A stretch of DNA of 64,000 bases from Planctomycetota bacterium (GCA_947501605.1 CANMWZ010000002.1:128001-192000); one strand, 5' to 3'. Counted from the stretch's first letter, positions 50,334 to 61,306 are shown. Notes: generated from the sequence alone by a model not told the origin. Program-made: numbers and translations.

Positions 50334-50753
50334 ATGGCTTACAGCGACAAGGTCCTCGACCACTATCAGAACCCGCGCAACGTCGGCGCGATGGACAAGA
50401 ACGCGTCCGACGTCGGCACCGGTGTCGTCGGCGCGCCCGAGTGCGGTGACGTGATGAAGCTGCAGATCAAGGTTGCCGCCGACGGCAGGATCCTCGACGC
50501 CAAGTTCAAGACCTACGGGTGCGGCTCAGCAATCGCGTCATCGTCGCTCGCCACCGAGTGGCTCAAGGGCACGACCGTCGACGACGCCGCGAAGATCAAG
50601 AACACGCAGATCGTCGAGGAGCTCGCCCTACCGCCGGTGAAGATCCACTGCAGCGTACTCGCCGAGGACGCGATCAAGGCTGCCATCGAGGACTGGCGCC
50701 AAAAGCAGGCCGCCGCGAAGCAGAACGCCGACGGCATCTCTGGAACCATCTGA
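50334..50753 (+). CDS. iscU: Fe-S scaffold protein
   Basis: MAYSDKVLDHY.NPRN, GAPECGDVM, GCGSAIAS, LPPVKIHCS. Confidence 0.97.
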   Translation: MAYSDKVLDHYQNPRNVGAMDKNASDVGTGVVGAPECGDVMKLQIKVAADGRILDAKFKTYGCGSAIASSSLATEWLKGTTVDDAAKIKNTQIVEELALPPVKIHCSVLAEDAIKAAIEDWRQKQAAAKQNADGISGTI

Positions 50754-50763
50754 GGCCCCACCC

Positions 50764-51165
50764 ATGAGCAACCAGCCAACCACCGACATCAAGGCCGCGA
50801 CGGGCGAAGCCCCTGCCGCACCAAAGCCCGGCCGCGGCGTCACTGTGACCGAGCGCGCTGCGAAGGAAATCCAACGCGTCGTCCTGGAGCACAAGCTCCC
50901 CGCCGACTGCTGGGTGCGCATCGGTGCCAAGGGTGGTGGCTGCTCCGGCTTCTCGTACGTGCTCGACTTCGATCAGCAGGGGCCGACCGAATTCGACCTC
51001 ACGTTTGAGCAACATGGCGTGCGCGTTGTGATCGACAAGAAGAGCGAGTTCTTCATGGGCGGCACCATGCTCGACTTCAACGACGGGCTCCTCGACCGCG
51101 GCTTCCAGTTCAAGAACCCGATGGCTACCGGCACCTGCGGTTGCGGCACATCGTTCTCCGCCTGA
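50764..51165 (+). CDS. iscA: A-type Fe-S carrier
   Basis: GGGCSGFSY, NP...CGCGTSF. Confidence 0.93.
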   Translation: MSNQPTTDIKAATGEAPAAPKPGRGVTVTERAAKEIQRVVLEHKLPADCWVRIGAKGGGCSGFSYVLDFDQQGPTEFDLTFEQHGVRVVIDKKSEFFMGGTMLDFNDGLLDRGFQFKNPMATGTCGCGTSFSA

Positions 51166-51178
51166 GCCATCTCTGCGT

Positions 51179-51697
51179 GTGATGATCTCCTCGACCGGTC
51201 TCGACCCATTCACCGTGTTCGGAGTCGAGCACCGGCTCGACCTCGACGAGCGCGCCCTAGAACGCCGATACCTCCAACTCTCGCGCGATTGCCATCCAGA
51301 CCTGCATCGCGCACAGGGAGCTGCCGACTGCGCGGCCGTGCTCGCGCGTGCCGCCGAAATCAACGACAGCTGGCGCGTGCTGAAGGACCGATGGGAACGC
51401 GCGCGCTCCCTGCTGGACCTGAGGGCCCCCGGCCGCTTGGGCGATGAGCGCGCCCTTGACCCCGAGTTTCTGGCAACCGCGCTCGACCTCGCCGAAGAAG
51501 TTGCTTTTGCCGACGAGACGACGCTGCCGAGCTTGCGAGCGCGCCTCAACAGCGCCTGCGACGAGGTCTACTCACACGTTTTGCGGGCTTGTGCCGCAGG
51601 TGACTTTGCCATGGCGGCTCGAAAGCTGCACGAAAGCAAGTACGTGCGTAAGGCACTCAAGGATCTCAGTGACCGCGCCGCTGGAGGCCCTTCGTGA
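51179..51697 (+). CDS. hscB: J-domain co-chaperone
   Basis: DPFTVFG...[11 protein letters not shown]...[10 protein letters not shown]...RA, DPEFL; operon position. Confidence 0.88.
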   Translation: MMISSTGLDPFTVFGVEHRLDLDERALERRYLQLSRDCHPDLHRAQGAADCAAVLARAAEINDSWRVLKDRWERARSLLDLRAPGRLGDERALDPEFLATALDLAEEVAFADETTLPSLRARLNSACDEVYSHVLRACAAGDFAMAARKLHESKYVRKALKDLSDRAAGGPS

Positions 51698-53517
51698 CTG
51701 CCTCGCCACCCGCACCGCGACTTGTCATTGGCATCGACCTTGGCACGACCAACTCTTTGGCCGCGATCCGCGCCGGCAGGGGCGCTCGGGTACTGCGTGA
51801 CAAGGACGGCGAGCCGCTGATTCCGAGCATCGTCTGCTTCCATCCTGACGGCCGCACGATCGTCGGCCGCGAAGCAAAGGCCCTTCGACTGTCGTTTCCG
51901 GAACGGACCGTCTTCTCGGCCAAGCGCCTGATCGGTCGAGCCGGCGCCGAAGTGGATCGCGAGGCCAGGCTGCTCCCGTACCGCGTACACCGTGGCGAAC
52001 GCGATCTCGCCCGCATCGCGGTCGCGGATCACGACTACGCACCCGAACAGATCGCGGCGATGGTGCTCCAGAAAGTGAAGTCCACTGCGGAGCATGCACT
52101 GGGCCAACCTGTGTCGGCAGCCGTGATCACGGTGCCGGCATGGTTCGATGACGGCCAGCGCCAGGCAACCCGAGATGCAGCGCACCTCGCCGGACTCGAG
52201 TGCTTGCGAATCGTCAACGAACCAACGGCAGCGTCGCTTGCCTACGGCATCGACGGCAGCAAGGACGGCACCGTCCTGGTCTACGACCTCGGTGGTGGCA
52301 CCTTCGACGTCTCGATTCTGCGCATCGACAGCGGTGTGTTTCGCGTTCTTGCCACGTCCGGCGACACGCATCTCGGGGGCGATGACTTCGACCAACTGCT
52401 CGTCGAGCGCATCCTCGGAGCAGTTTCGGTAGCAGCCCCGGATCCATACATGCTGCAGGCAGTGCGAGCTGCCGCTGAAGGTCTCAAGATCACCCTCAGT
52501 TCGGCCACCACTGCAACGCTGCGACTCGAGCTCGATGGCCATGCTCCCTTGGACATCAAGATCGATCGCGCAGAGTTCGAAGGGCTGCTGGCACCTTACC
52601 TTCAACGTACACTCGCCTGTTGCCGCCGTGCCCTGAGCGATGCCTCGCTCACCGCCGCTCAAATCGACGATGTGGTATTGGTCGGCGGCAGCACGCGCAT
52701 CCCCATGGTGCGGCATCTGCTCCATGCCGAACTAGGGCGCGCACCGCACACCGGAGTCGACCCCGACCTTGCCGTCGCCCTCGGCGCCGCCATCCAGGCT
52801 GACGTGCTTGCTGGCAACGACAAGTCACTGCTGCTCCTCGACGTCATCCCGCTGTCCCTCGGGATCGAGACGCTCGGCGGTGCGATGCAAAAGCTGATTC
52901 TGCGCAACAGCACGATTCCAACCAGCGCGACGGAGGAGTTCTCGATCGCCGTCGAAGGACAGACCGCCGTAGCCCTCAACATCTACCAAGGCGAACGGGA
53001 GCTCGTCCGCGATTGTCGCCAACTGGGCAGCTTCACGCTTCACGGTTTGCCGCCCATGCCGGCCGGCCTGCCACGCATCGCGGTGACGTTTCTGGTCGAT
53101 GCCGATGGCGTCCTGCGCGTGACTGCCATCGAACAGCGGACTGGCCACGAGGCCTCGATCCAGGTCGTGCCGACGTTTGGTCTGTCGCGCGATGAAGTTC
53201 GACGCATGATGCTCGACTCGATCGAGAATGCGCAGTCGGACTATGTCGCACGCGAAGCGATCGACTTGCGCAACAAGGCGCAGGCCATGGTGAGCGGCAC
53301 ACGCAAGGCACTTCAGCTCGCGTCGCTCCCCCCCGACCAGACCTTTGCTGTCCAGAAGTCCGCGCGTGCGCTCGAGAAGCTGCTCCAAGCCGACGCTGAC
53401 GCCTCGTCGCTCAAGGCCGCGACCGAGGAACTGAGCAAGCTGACCGCTACGATCGCTGACGACGTCATCAGTTCCGCGGTGAAGCGCGCACTAGGCGACG
53501 AGCAAAGCCATAGCTAG
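51694..53517 (+). CDS. hscA: Hsp70-family Fe-S chaperone
   Basis: [50 protein letters not shown]; lies between hscB and fdx. Confidence 0.92.
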   Translation: MTASPPAPRLVIGIDLGTTNSLAAIRAGRGARVLRDKDGEPLIPSIVCFHPDGRTIVGREAKALRLSFPERTVFSAKRLIGRAGAEVDREARLLPYRVHRGERDLARIAVADHDYAPEQIAAMVLQKVKSTAEHALGQPVSAAVITVPAWFDDGQRQATRDAAHLAGLECLRIVNEPTAASLAYGIDGSKDGTVLVYDLGGGTFDVSILRIDSGVFRVLATSGDTHLGGDDFDQLLVERILGAVSVAAPDPYMLQAVRAAAEGLKITLSSATTATLRLELDGHAPLDIKIDRAEFEGLLAPYLQRTLACCRRALSDASLTAAQIDDVVLVGGSTRIPMVRHLLHAELGRAPHTGVDPDLAVALGAAIQADVLAGNDKSLLLLDVIPLSLGIETLGGAMQKLILRNSTIPTSATEEFSIAVEGQTAVALNIYQGERELVRDCRQLGSFTLHGLPPMPAGLPRIAVTFLVDADGVLRVTAIEQRTGHEASIQVVPTFGLSRDEVRRMMLDSIENAQSDYVAREAIDLRNKAQAMVSGTRKALQLASLPPDQTFAVQKSARALEKLLQADADASSLKAATEELSKLTATIADDVISSAVKRALGDEQSHS

Positions 53518-53536
53518 AACCGCCGGCCACGCCGAC

Positions 53537-53878
53537 ATGACTCAGCAAGTTCAACTACAGATCGAAGGCGATTCCCGCTCGTTCACGCTGGCGGTCGGAC
53601 AGTCGCTCCTCGAAGCCGCCATGACTCAGGGGCTGGCACTCGACCATGCATGCGGCGGTGTCTGCGCCTGCTCGACGTGCCACGTCAAGATTCGAAGCGG
53701 GCTCGACTGCTTCAGCGAACCGAGCGAAGACGAGTTGGATCAGCTGGACGAGGCGCGAGACACCGGACTGGAGTCGCGCCTCGGATGTCAGGCGCGGCTC
53801 CTGCGCCAACCCGCAGGCGGTCACGTTGCGATCACGATCCCGCGGTGGAACGTCAACGCAGTGCGCGAAGGCCACTGA
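53537..53878 (+). CDS. fdx: ISC-type [2Fe-2S] ferredoxin
   Basis: HACGGVCACSTCHV, ELDQLD, SRLGCQ. Confidence 0.93.
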   Translation: MTQQVQLQIEGDSRSFTLAVGQSLLEAAMTQGLALDHACGGVCACSTCHVKIRSGLDCFSEPSEDELDQLDEARDTGLESRLGCQARLLRQPAGGHVAITIPRWNVNAVREGH

Positions 53879-53887
53879 TCAGCCGGC

Positions 53888-55597
53888 TCAGTCTGCCCGC
53901 CGCACCAGCACGATCAGCTCCCGTCCCACCGCGAGCAGTGGTGAAGTGCACCGCCACGTGGCAGCATGGTCGCGGCGCAGGGGCAACTGCCCCTGTACCG
54001 GCAACCGCGATAGAGGGATCGACTCGATCCGAACGATGTCGGCCGGGAGCTGCACGGATGGCTGCTCGTGGGCCACGGCCGAGTTGCTGCTCGCCGCCGT
54101 AGCCGACACCATGCTTCCCGACCGCAGCACCTGGTTCAGCTGCACCAGCCGTCCTTCAATCGCACCGCGCCAAGACAGTTCGCCCTCGATCTCGACGAGG
54201 TTGTCGCCGCAGCGAACGTTGAGGAACAGGCCCGCAGCGAGCCGCTCCACCTTGGGATCCGGGATGCGGGCTGCCTGTGCGACCTCGACATCCCAATCCG
54301 GCACGTAGCCCAACTCCTCGTAGGCCGTGACACAGGCCCAACTACCAAGCACTGTCTGCAGTTCGACATCAGCCAGACGACGAGCTAAAGGCAGCGACCC
54401 GTCATCACCGGGCTTACTGCCAGCGGGAGCATCGAACGCTTCAATGTGGATGGACACCGCAGTTTGCTGCTGGACCCGAGCACGCTGCAAGGCGCGCAGT
54501 GCGGTTGCCTCCGCGTCGATGCCGAAGTTTGCCGTCACACTCTCCGCCGCACGCGCCACAGCGTTGGCGGCCTCCAACGCCGACTGGAACTCGGTGATCA
54601 CTGCTGGGACTTCCTCGCTCCCTTCACGCAACCAGGGCACGCTGCGGAAGCCACGAAAGTCCGGCCACCGCGGAAGATACTCCACGTCACGCGCGCCTAC
54701 GGAAGTCGGGGCCGGCACTTGCCACGTCGGGACAAGCCGCAGTTCGAACGCAGCCGCAGCCCCCTGCCAACGCTGGCGGACGGCACCGCCGACCCGCCCC
54801 TGCACCACGCCAGCGAACTCGTGGACGACTTGGTGAATGCGGTCGATCGCGCCGCACGCAGTCTCCCCGGACTCGAATCGACTCTCTGCCCCAGGCTCCA
54901 CCACGCGAGCGAGTACCTCGAACCACCCGTCGGGGGAACCGAGGGCGACGATCGGACGCACCGCGACCATCGCGCCGCAGTCCCAGCGAGTCGCAATGGG
55001 GTTTGCCGTCACCGAGCCCTGCGCGATCTCGACGTCGAACTCGAACACAGCGTTCGACTCCTGGACAGCACTCGCCCACCCGCGACGACCAGCACTGACT
55101 TCCAGACTGCGCGCGAGCATGACGTGTTCACCCTCGGCATCGATGCGCACCAACTGCAGATCGAAGCGGACGATCGGCGGCAGACGCTGGCGCAGCTCGT
55201 CGAGCAAAGACCCAATCGGTGCGCGGAGGCTCTGCGACACCATGAGCATCGAGCCACCCTGCAAGATCCGAAGGCTCGGTTCGTCTCGGTCCAAGAGGTC
55301 CGAAAGGACCATCCGGAAGGCGTCCTCGCTGAACCACGCGTTCGCCTGCTCTTTCAGCACGTAGGGCTGCGAAGGGACATCCGAGCCGAACTCGACCCAC
55401 GTCTCTTCGCCGCGCAGATGACGCCGACCGTGCACCGGTGCGGTGGTGAGATACGGACTACTGCAGGGGGCGGGCTGAAGCAGGTCTCCCACGCGCAGGA
55501 ATGCCTGGTCTACTCCTTCCTGCGCCGTGACCTTGGCGAGGAACACCAGGCAGGTCGATCCGAACCCGAACTGCATCACTCTTGAGATCTCGTCCAT
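53888..55597 (-). CDS. Secreted hypothetical protein with two secretin-like motifs
   Basis: FEFDVEIAQGSVTANPI...GAMVAVRP and YVPDWDVEVAQAARIPDPKV...GLFLNVR. Confidence 0.65.
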   Translation of the reverse strand: MDEISRVMQFGFGSTCLVFLAKVTAQEGVDQAFLRVGDLLQPAPCSSPYLTTAPVHGRRHLRGEETWVEFGSDVPSQPYVLKEQANAWFSEDAFRMVLSDLLDRDEPSLRILQGGSMLMVSQSLRAPIGSLLDELRQRLPPIVRFDLQLVRIDAEGEHVMLARSLEVSAGRRGWASAVQESNAVFEFDVEIAQGSVTANPIATRWDCGAMVAVRPIVALGSPDGWFEVLARVVEPGAESRFESGETACGAIDRIHQVVHEFAGVVQGRVGGAVRQRWQGAAAAFELRLVPTWQVPAPTSVGARDVEYLPRWPDFRGFRSVPWLREGSEEVPAVITEFQSALEAANAVARAAESVTANFGIDAEATALRALQRARVQQQTAVSIHIEAFDAPAGSKPGDDGSLPLARRLADVELQTVLGSWACVTAYEELGYVPDWDVEVAQAARIPDPKVERLAAGLFLNVRCGDNLVEIEGELSWRGAIEGRLVQLNQVLRSGSMVSATAASSNSAVAHEQPSVQLPADIVRIESIPLSRLPVQGQLPLRRDHAATWRCTSPLLAVGRELIVLVRRAD

Positions 55598-55746
55598 TCG
55601 TGAATGATGCCACGCTGCATGTCGCCTCAGAACGGGAGGGGAGGAACTCAGACGTCGATTGTCGCCTAGGGGGGACAGCCGCCATCCCGCGAGGGTCGGC
55701 TCGCAGCGTTGCCGTGGGCGCCTACGAGTCGCTATGGTTCGCCGCA

Positions 55747-57726
55747 ATGCTCGACGTCAAAGACCCACTCCAACTCGCTGCCGACACGATCCGCTGCCTG
55801 TCGATCGATGCGGTGCAGAAGGCCGAATCGGGCCACCCAGGGCTGCCGATGGGCATGGCCGATGCGGCAGTCGTGCTGTGGACGGAGTTCCTGAAGTGGA
55901 GCCCGCTGGACCCGAACTGGCCCGGCCGTGATCGCTTCGTGCTTTCGGCCGGCCACGGCTCGATGCTGCTCTACTCGCTTTTGCATCTGTCCGGCTACGA
56001 CGTGTCACTGGCCGACATCCAGCAGTTCCGCCAGTTGCACAGCAAGACACCAGGACATCCAGAAGTCGGGGAGACGCCAGGTGTCGAGACCACGACCGGA
56101 CCGCTGGGCGCTGGGCTCAGCAATGGCGTGGGCATGGCAATCGCGGCGCTGATGGAAGCCGCGCAGTGCGACAACCCTCTACTCGCGACCCGAGTGTTTG
56201 GCATTGTCAGCGATGGCGATCTGATGGAGGGCATCAGCCATGAGGCGGCATCTCTCGCAGGCCACTTGAAGCTCTCGAATCTCGTCTATCTCTACGACGA
56301 CAACGGCATCACGATCGAAGGTCACACGGAGATCGCCTACAGCGAAGACACGAAGAAGCGATTCGAGGCCTATGGCTGGTTCGTCCAAAGCTGTGATGGG
56401 CACAACATGCATCAGGTGCGGCGCGCCCTCACGGCCGCGATCGACGAGCCAACCCGTCCAAGCCTGATCTGCTGCAAGACCACAATTGGCAAGGGCTCCC
56501 CCAACAAGGCAAACACCCACGAAGTGCACGGAGCGCCCCTTGGGGCCGACGAAATCCGTTTGACCAAAGCGGCACTCGGGATGTCACAAGAAGCGTTCCA
56601 TGTCGACCCCCGCGCCAAGGCCGTGTTCGAGACCGCCGCAGCAAAGAACGAGCACCTTCGACGACAGTGGCAACAAGCCATGCAAGCTTACGAGCAGGCC
56701 CATCCAGCGAAGCACGCAGCGTGGCAGTCATTCCGGGCCCGCACGGTGCCTCAGAACCTCTACGCCGAATTGCACAAAGCGGCCGGCGACGCGCCCTCGG
56801 TGGCGACGCGCGTGCTGTCGGGCAATGTGATCCAGAGGGCAGCAGAACTGGTTCCGTCGCTGGTCGGCGGCAGCGCCGACCTCGATCCTTCGACGAAGAC
56901 TCGGATCAAGAAGAGTCCGAGCTTCACGGCGAAGGAGCGAGCCGGCCGCAACTTCCACTTCGGCATCCGCGAACACGGTATGGGCGGCATCCTCAACGGG
57001 ATGGCGCTCCACGGTGGCTTCCTGCCGATGGGCAGCACGTTTCTGGTCTTTGCCGACTACATGCGCCCGGCAATTCGCCTCGCTTCGCTCATGAAGCTAC
57101 CCGTCACCTTCGTGTTCACGCACGACAGCCTGATGGTCGGTGAGGACGGCCCAACACACGAACCTGTCGAGCACCTAGCCTCGCTCCGCATCATCCCCAA
57201 CCTCCATGTATTCCGACCGGCAGATGCCATGGAGACGGCCGCCGCATGGACCCATGCTCTGACCCGTCGAGACGGACCAGTTTGCCTATCGCTGACGCGC
57301 CAGAACCTGCCGCTTCTACAGCGCGCAGTTGCCTTCGATCCCGGGCTTGTGCTCCGCGGCGGCTACGTACTGCGCGAGTCCTCGGCAGCCAAGGCCACGA
57401 TGATCGCGACCGGAGCAGAAGTCTCGCTCGCCCTCGACGCCGCGGCGACGCTCGGCAAGTCTGGCATCGATGTACGCGTCGTGTCGATGCCCTGCTGTGA
57501 GCTGTTCTTGCGCCAGTCCGCCGACTATCGCAGTGCTGTGCTCGGCACGCTCCCCGTGTTTGCGCTGGAGATGGGTCGCCCCGAGCTCTGGTGCCAGTTC
57601 ACCGGGCGCATTGACCGCGTGATTGGTCAGAGCACGTTTGGTGCCAGCGCGCCGTGCAAGCAGTTGGCCGAGCACTTCGGGTTCACCGCCGACCATGTCG
57701 CCGCCCGCGTGCGAGCGGCCCTCTGA
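55747..57726 (+). CDS. tkt: Transketolase
   Basis: SGHPGLPMG, DRFVLSAGH, TTGPLG, DGDLMEG, FGIREHGM, THDS..VGEDGPTH. Confidence 0.97.
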   Translation: MLDVKDPLQLAADTIRCLSIDAVQKAESGHPGLPMGMADAAVVLWTEFLKWSPLDPNWPGRDRFVLSAGHGSMLLYSLLHLSGYDVSLADIQQFRQLHSKTPGHPEVGETPGVETTTGPLGAGLSNGVGMAIAALMEAAQCDNPLLATRVFGIVSDGDLMEGISHEAASLAGHLKLSNLVYLYDDNGITIEGHTEIAYSEDTKKRFEAYGWFVQSCDGHNMHQVRRALTAAIDEPTRPSLICCKTTIGKGSPNKANTHEVHGAPLGADEIRLTKAALGMSQEAFHVDPRAKAVFETAAAKNEHLRRQWQQAMQAYEQAHPAKHAAWQSFRARTVPQNLYAELHKAAGDAPSVATRVLSGNVIQRAAELVPSLVGGSADLDPSTKTRIKKSPSFTAKERAGRNFHFGIREHGMGGILNGMALHGGFLPMGSTFLVFADYMRPAIRLASLMKLPVTFVFTHDSLMVGEDGPTHEPVEHLASLRIIPNLHVFRPADAMETAAAWTHALTRRDGPVCLSLTRQNLPLLQRAVAFDPGLVLRGGYVLRESSAAKATMIATGAEVSLALDAAATLGKSGIDVRVVSMPCCELFLRQSADYRSAVLGTLPVFALEMGRPELWCQFTGRIDRVIGQSTFGASAPCKQLAEHFGFTADHVAARVRAAL

Positions 57727-57857
57727 GCAACCTTTGTGACGGGAGCGTCCGCCGCTGCATGTTCGGTTGCAGGGGGAAGTCTGAGTCACGGACGCGAGAA
57801 GCGCACAGACTGTCTGATTGGAGCTAGAGACCGTGCCGCGCCGCTAGAATCTCCCCC

Positions 57858-58658
57858 ATGAGAAGTTCCGCTGCACTACTCGCTTCGCTCGTTGCCATCT
57901 CGCTGGCTGGAGTGCCTGCACAGGACAAGACCCCGGCTGCCGTCGACCCAACGCTTCCTGACCAGATCACCAAGCTCAAGACCATGGTCAAGGACAAGTC
58001 CATGGAACAGGACTTCTTGGCGATGAACCTTGTCACTGCGATGACGGAGAAGTTCGCTGACAAGAACCCCAAGGATCAGCGAGCTGTGGTGGCGGCGCTT
58101 GGCGACGTTTTCAAACTCGGTCCGATTCGCCCGGTGGACAAACTACAGCTCTATCGGACCGCTACAGACGCACTCGGGCTCTGCGGTGAAGAAGCGGCAA
58201 CGACACTGCGCAAGACGTTTGAGCTCGATCGTCTCGGTGACAAGGACTTCACTTCGCTGCGAGCGGCCATTGTGATCGCAATCGGCAAGACGAAGGACGA
58301 GAAGCAGGCCGACTGGCTGCTCGAGACCGCGATGCGATGCCCCGATGATGAAGTGGCAGCGGCGGCAGGCGAGGCTCTGAGCAACTACGACTTCCTGCCG
58401 ATGGCGAAGACCAAGGACATCTGTAAGCGACTGATCGGACGCTATGGCGAGATCGATATGAAGGCGCGCCAGCCTCAGTCCAACGATCCCAATGCGCCCA
58501 TCGACTTCGGCCCGCAAAACGCTGCCAAGACACTCGAGTGGGTCGCAGCTCGGTGGAACGCTACTCTGACACACTTGACCGGCGAGACACACCAGCAGGC
58601 CGCCGAATGGCAGCGCTGGCTCAACAAGAACAAAGACTGGGAGCGAAAGCGCAAGTAA
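57858..58658 (+). CDS. Secreted HEAT-repeat hypothetical protein
   Basis: Signal peptide VPA|QD; helical repeats LRAAIVIAIGK, VAAAAGEAL; LTHLTG...WQRW. Confidence 0.75.
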   Translation: MRSSAALLASLVAISLAGVPAQDKTPAAVDPTLPDQITKLKTMVKDKSMEQDFLAMNLVTAMTEKFADKNPKDQRAVVAALGDVFKLGPIRPVDKLQLYRTATDALGLCGEEAATTLRKTFELDRLGDKDFTSLRAAIVIAIGKTKDEKQADWLLETAMRCPDDEVAAAAGEALSNYDFLPMAKTKDICKRLIGRYGEIDMKARQPQSNDPNAPIDFGPQNAAKTLEWVAARWNATLTHLTGETHQQAAEWQRWLNKNKDWERKRK

Positions 58659-58670
58659 GGAGCGCCCGAC

Positions 58671-59957
58671 TCACAGCTCCTTGATCTCGATGGCGCGGAA
58701 CTCGACTGGGTCATTGTGGCCACAGAAGCCGAAGTGACCTTCCGTGCGCAGACGCCCCGGATGTTCATGGCCGCTGAGTGGCTTTGCGATTGCCGCGACG
58801 TCGGCGTTGACGATCGTCGTACCGTTCAGAGTCACTCGAATCCGACTGCCTTTGACTTCCACTTCCTCGTAGTTCCAGTCGCCGACAGCACGCAGGTAGC
58901 CGCGGTGTGCCGGCACGAGCCCGTAGAGCGACCCGTGAAACTGCCAGGGCTTGAGGTTCGTGTACTGTGCCGCACTGTCATCCAGCACTTGAATCTCGAT
59001 CGCTTCGTAGGCGGCGTCACCCATTCCCGGGTAGCGAATTGCCAGCCCGTTGTTGCCGCCAGGAGGCAGTCGGAACTGCAGACGCACAACGAAGTCGTCG
59101 TAGACCGACTTGGTGAACAAGTTGCCGCCATGGCCTGCACGACAACGGATCGCGCCATCTCGGATCTCGTAGCTCTCGACATCGCCCTCGAACCCGGCAA
59201 ACGTCGAGCCGTCGAAGATGGCTCTGAACCCCTCTCCCGAATGCGCGCGTAGCGCGGCATTGGCCTCGCCTGCACCGATGGCGCGAGCCTCTACGTTGCG
59301 GAAGCGGATCTCGCCACCGTGTGTTTGCAGCTGGATGGGGCCCTTCGCCAGCAGTGGAAGTTCGGCCTTCCAGAAGTTCTCCATCACGACGTGGTCGACG
59401 ACGAGCTTCTGATTGAGCCATACGGAGGTGCACTCGCCCAGTTGAACGATGCGAAGGTGGTTCCATTCACCGAACGCGCGATCGGCGAAGACCATTGGCA
59501 TGCGCTCGTTGCGCTTGTTGTTCCACAAGCCACCGCTGCCCTTGTCGGCACCGAGGTTCCACTTGCCACCTTTCTCGGTGGTATCCCAGATTTGTACCTG
59601 TGGGGTCGCGCGCAGATAAATGCCAGAGTCCGCGAGCGCGACGGTCTTGTAGTCGAGCTCAAGCTCTAAATCGCCGAACTCCGCGTCGCTCGTGAGATAG
59701 GGCCCCTCGCCGTCATTGACCAGGTCGCTGCCCTCGATCTTCCAGTGCGGTGCAAGAGCGGCATCGTCTCTTGCCCGCATCGCGGTGCGCTCTTCGCCGT
59801 TCATCGCCAAGAGAGCGTAGGGGTCGAAGTGCCCCATCCCATGCCAGCCAGCGAGACTCTTGCCGTCGAACAACGGCACCAGTGGATTGGGCTTCTGCTC
59901 TTGGCCCAAGGCAGTTCCAAGTGAGAGCAACGTGAACAGAGCCAACGAGCGTAGCAT
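58671..59957 (-). CDS. Tandem DUF1080 (3-keto-disaccharide hydrolase family) protein
   Basis: Two domains: LFDGKSLAGW...DSGIYLR...GPIQLQTHG..IRFRN and IFDGSTFAGF...GNNGL...EIQVLD...GHFGFCGH..VEFR. Confidence 0.9.
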   Translation of the reverse strand: MLRSLALFTLLSLGTALGQEQKPNPLVPLFDGKSLAGWHGMGHFDPYALLAMNGEERTAMRARDDAALAPHWKIEGSDLVNDGEGPYLTSDAEFGDLELELDYKTVALADSGIYLRATPQVQIWDTTEKGGKWNLGADKGSGGLWNNKRNERMPMVFADRAFGEWNHLRIVQLGECTSVWLNQKLVVDHVVMENFWKAELPLLAKGPIQLQTHGGEIRFRNVEARAIGAGEANAALRAHSGEGFRAIFDGSTFAGFEGDVESYEIRDGAIRCRAGHGGNLFTKSVYDDFVVRLQFRLPPGGNNGLAIRYPGMGDAAYEAIEIQVLDDSAAQYTNLKPWQFHGSLYGLVPAHRGYLRAVGDWNYEEVEVKGSRIRVTLNGTTIVNADVAAIAKPLSGHEHPGRLRTEGHFGFCGHNDPVEFRAIEIKEL

Positions 59958-60050
59958 GTCCGCAAACTACAGGACTGGCGGTGAGTACGCACGCGCGGGT
60001 GCGCCGAGGCCATTCCCCGTCGCACCCGCACGTTCCGGACCGCCGCTTGC

Positions 60051-60902
60051 TCAGCGCACTGTGACGACCTGTGGTTCGATGACCATCGTCGACTGAACAC
60101 TTCCCGTCGATGCATCACCACAGGCGAAGTGATCGCGAATCTCACGAAGGACATCCCTGGTCGGTTCCGCGACCGCGAGCGGGTCGTCGTCGTGACAGAT
60201 CATGTCGTTCTCGAGCATCTTCTGCGCGACGTCGAGGCGCTTCTGCACCTTGGCAAGGGCTTCCTTGGCCTGGCTCAGCGCGCTGTCGTCGAGGTCAAAG
60301 CGCTTCTGGCTCGCACCCATCGTTTGGATCCAGTGCTGTTGTGTGCGCAGCGAACGGACTTGGTCGGCGAGCACTTCCTTCTCGGAACGAACGGCCGACA
60401 GGCGCTGCTTGGCGACGTTGACCGACTCGCTTTGGCGCGCAATCAGACTGCGCTTCGTCTCCAGGATCTTCTGGTTGTTGCGGAACGAGTCCAGCGTCCG
60501 TTGGAGGTCTCGCTCGACACGACGGCGCGTCATGGTGTCATTGGCAAGCGTGTACGTTGCGGCACCATCGCTTCCGAGCAGGCGTGCACCGGTCTTCAGT
60601 CGCTTCTCCTCGTGACCGACGGATTGCTCGAGGTCGATCACCGAAGACTGGAGTTCTTCCAGTTCGACCTCGGCCCGCGCCACATCGCGCTTGCAGGTCT
60701 CGATCTGCGGATCGATCTGCAGGATGAGGTTCTCAGCGCGCTTGATCTCGAACTCGACTGGAATCGCACCCTCGATGCCTTCGTGGACGGAGCCCGCCAC
60801 AGTGCCGAGGTAACTGCCGAGGTTTGTGCCGAAGAGTAGAAAACCCGTCCCGGCGAGCACCGCACCGGTGAGGACCGTGAACTTGATAGCCTTGAGGATC
60901 AT
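60051..60902 (-). CDS. Membrane-anchored long coiled-coil hypothetical protein
   Basis: GGAG ribosome-binding site before MILKAIK; N-terminal TM, IPVEFEIKRA, heptad-rich body. Confidence 0.8.
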   Translation of the reverse strand: MILKAIKFTVLTGAVLAGTGFLLFGTNLGSYLGTVAGSVHEGIEGAIPVEFEIKRAENLILQIDPQIETCKRDVARAEVELEELQSSVIDLEQSVGHEEKRLKTGARLLGSDGAATYTLANDTMTRRRVERDLQRTLDSFRNNQKILETKRSLIARQSESVNVAKQRLSAVRSEKEVLADQVRSLRTQQHWIQTMGASQKRFDLDDSALSQAKEALAKVQKRLDVAQKMLENDMICHDDDPLAVAEPTRDVLREIRDHFACGDASTGSVQSTMVIEPQVVTVR

Positions 60903-61006
60903 GTCGTCTCCGTTGCCAGGACCAGTGGGAGCCAACATCGGCTCCGACAACTGACCTTTCGACCGGGACGACCTTTATTCGCGTTGCGCCCAGATTCCCG
61001 GCGTTC

Positions 61007-61306
61007 TCAGCGACGGCGGTCCCGCAACGCTGTCGCGGTTGACCGCAGCAACCGGTCGCGCAAGTCGACGAGCGGCGAAGCCTTCGCAGCATCCTCGCGG
61101 GCGCGAAGGTCTGCAGTCACCGCGTTGCAATACGGGCACTGGCTCTCGTCGAGGTGGAACTTCACGAACTCAGCAGCGCCAGCCTCGAGGCCATCCTGCA
61201 TCCAACTCTGCAGCAGATCTGGATGGGGGCACGAGATCCGAGCCTCGCGCCAGACACTGGCGACGGTGAAGGCAACATCAGGATCGAAATCGTCAGCGCC
61301 GCTCAT
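61007..61306 (-). CDS. Small soluble Zn-finger protein, putative ZAS-type anti-sigma factor
   Basis: SCP...FHLDESQCPYC; ATGA overlap with the sigma gene stop. Confidence 0.7.
   Translation of the reverse strand: MSGADDFDPDVAFTVASVWREARISCPHPDLLQSWMQDGLEAGAAEFVKFHLDESQCPYCNAVTADLRAREDAAKASPLVDLRDRLLRSTATALRDRRR

Noticed and set aside
41752..53878. UGA-recoded selenoproteins among the redox and Fe-S genes
   Set aside because: TrxC, IscU, IscA, Fdx and YkgJ all read through with ordinary Cys (or Ser) codons and end at normal lengths.
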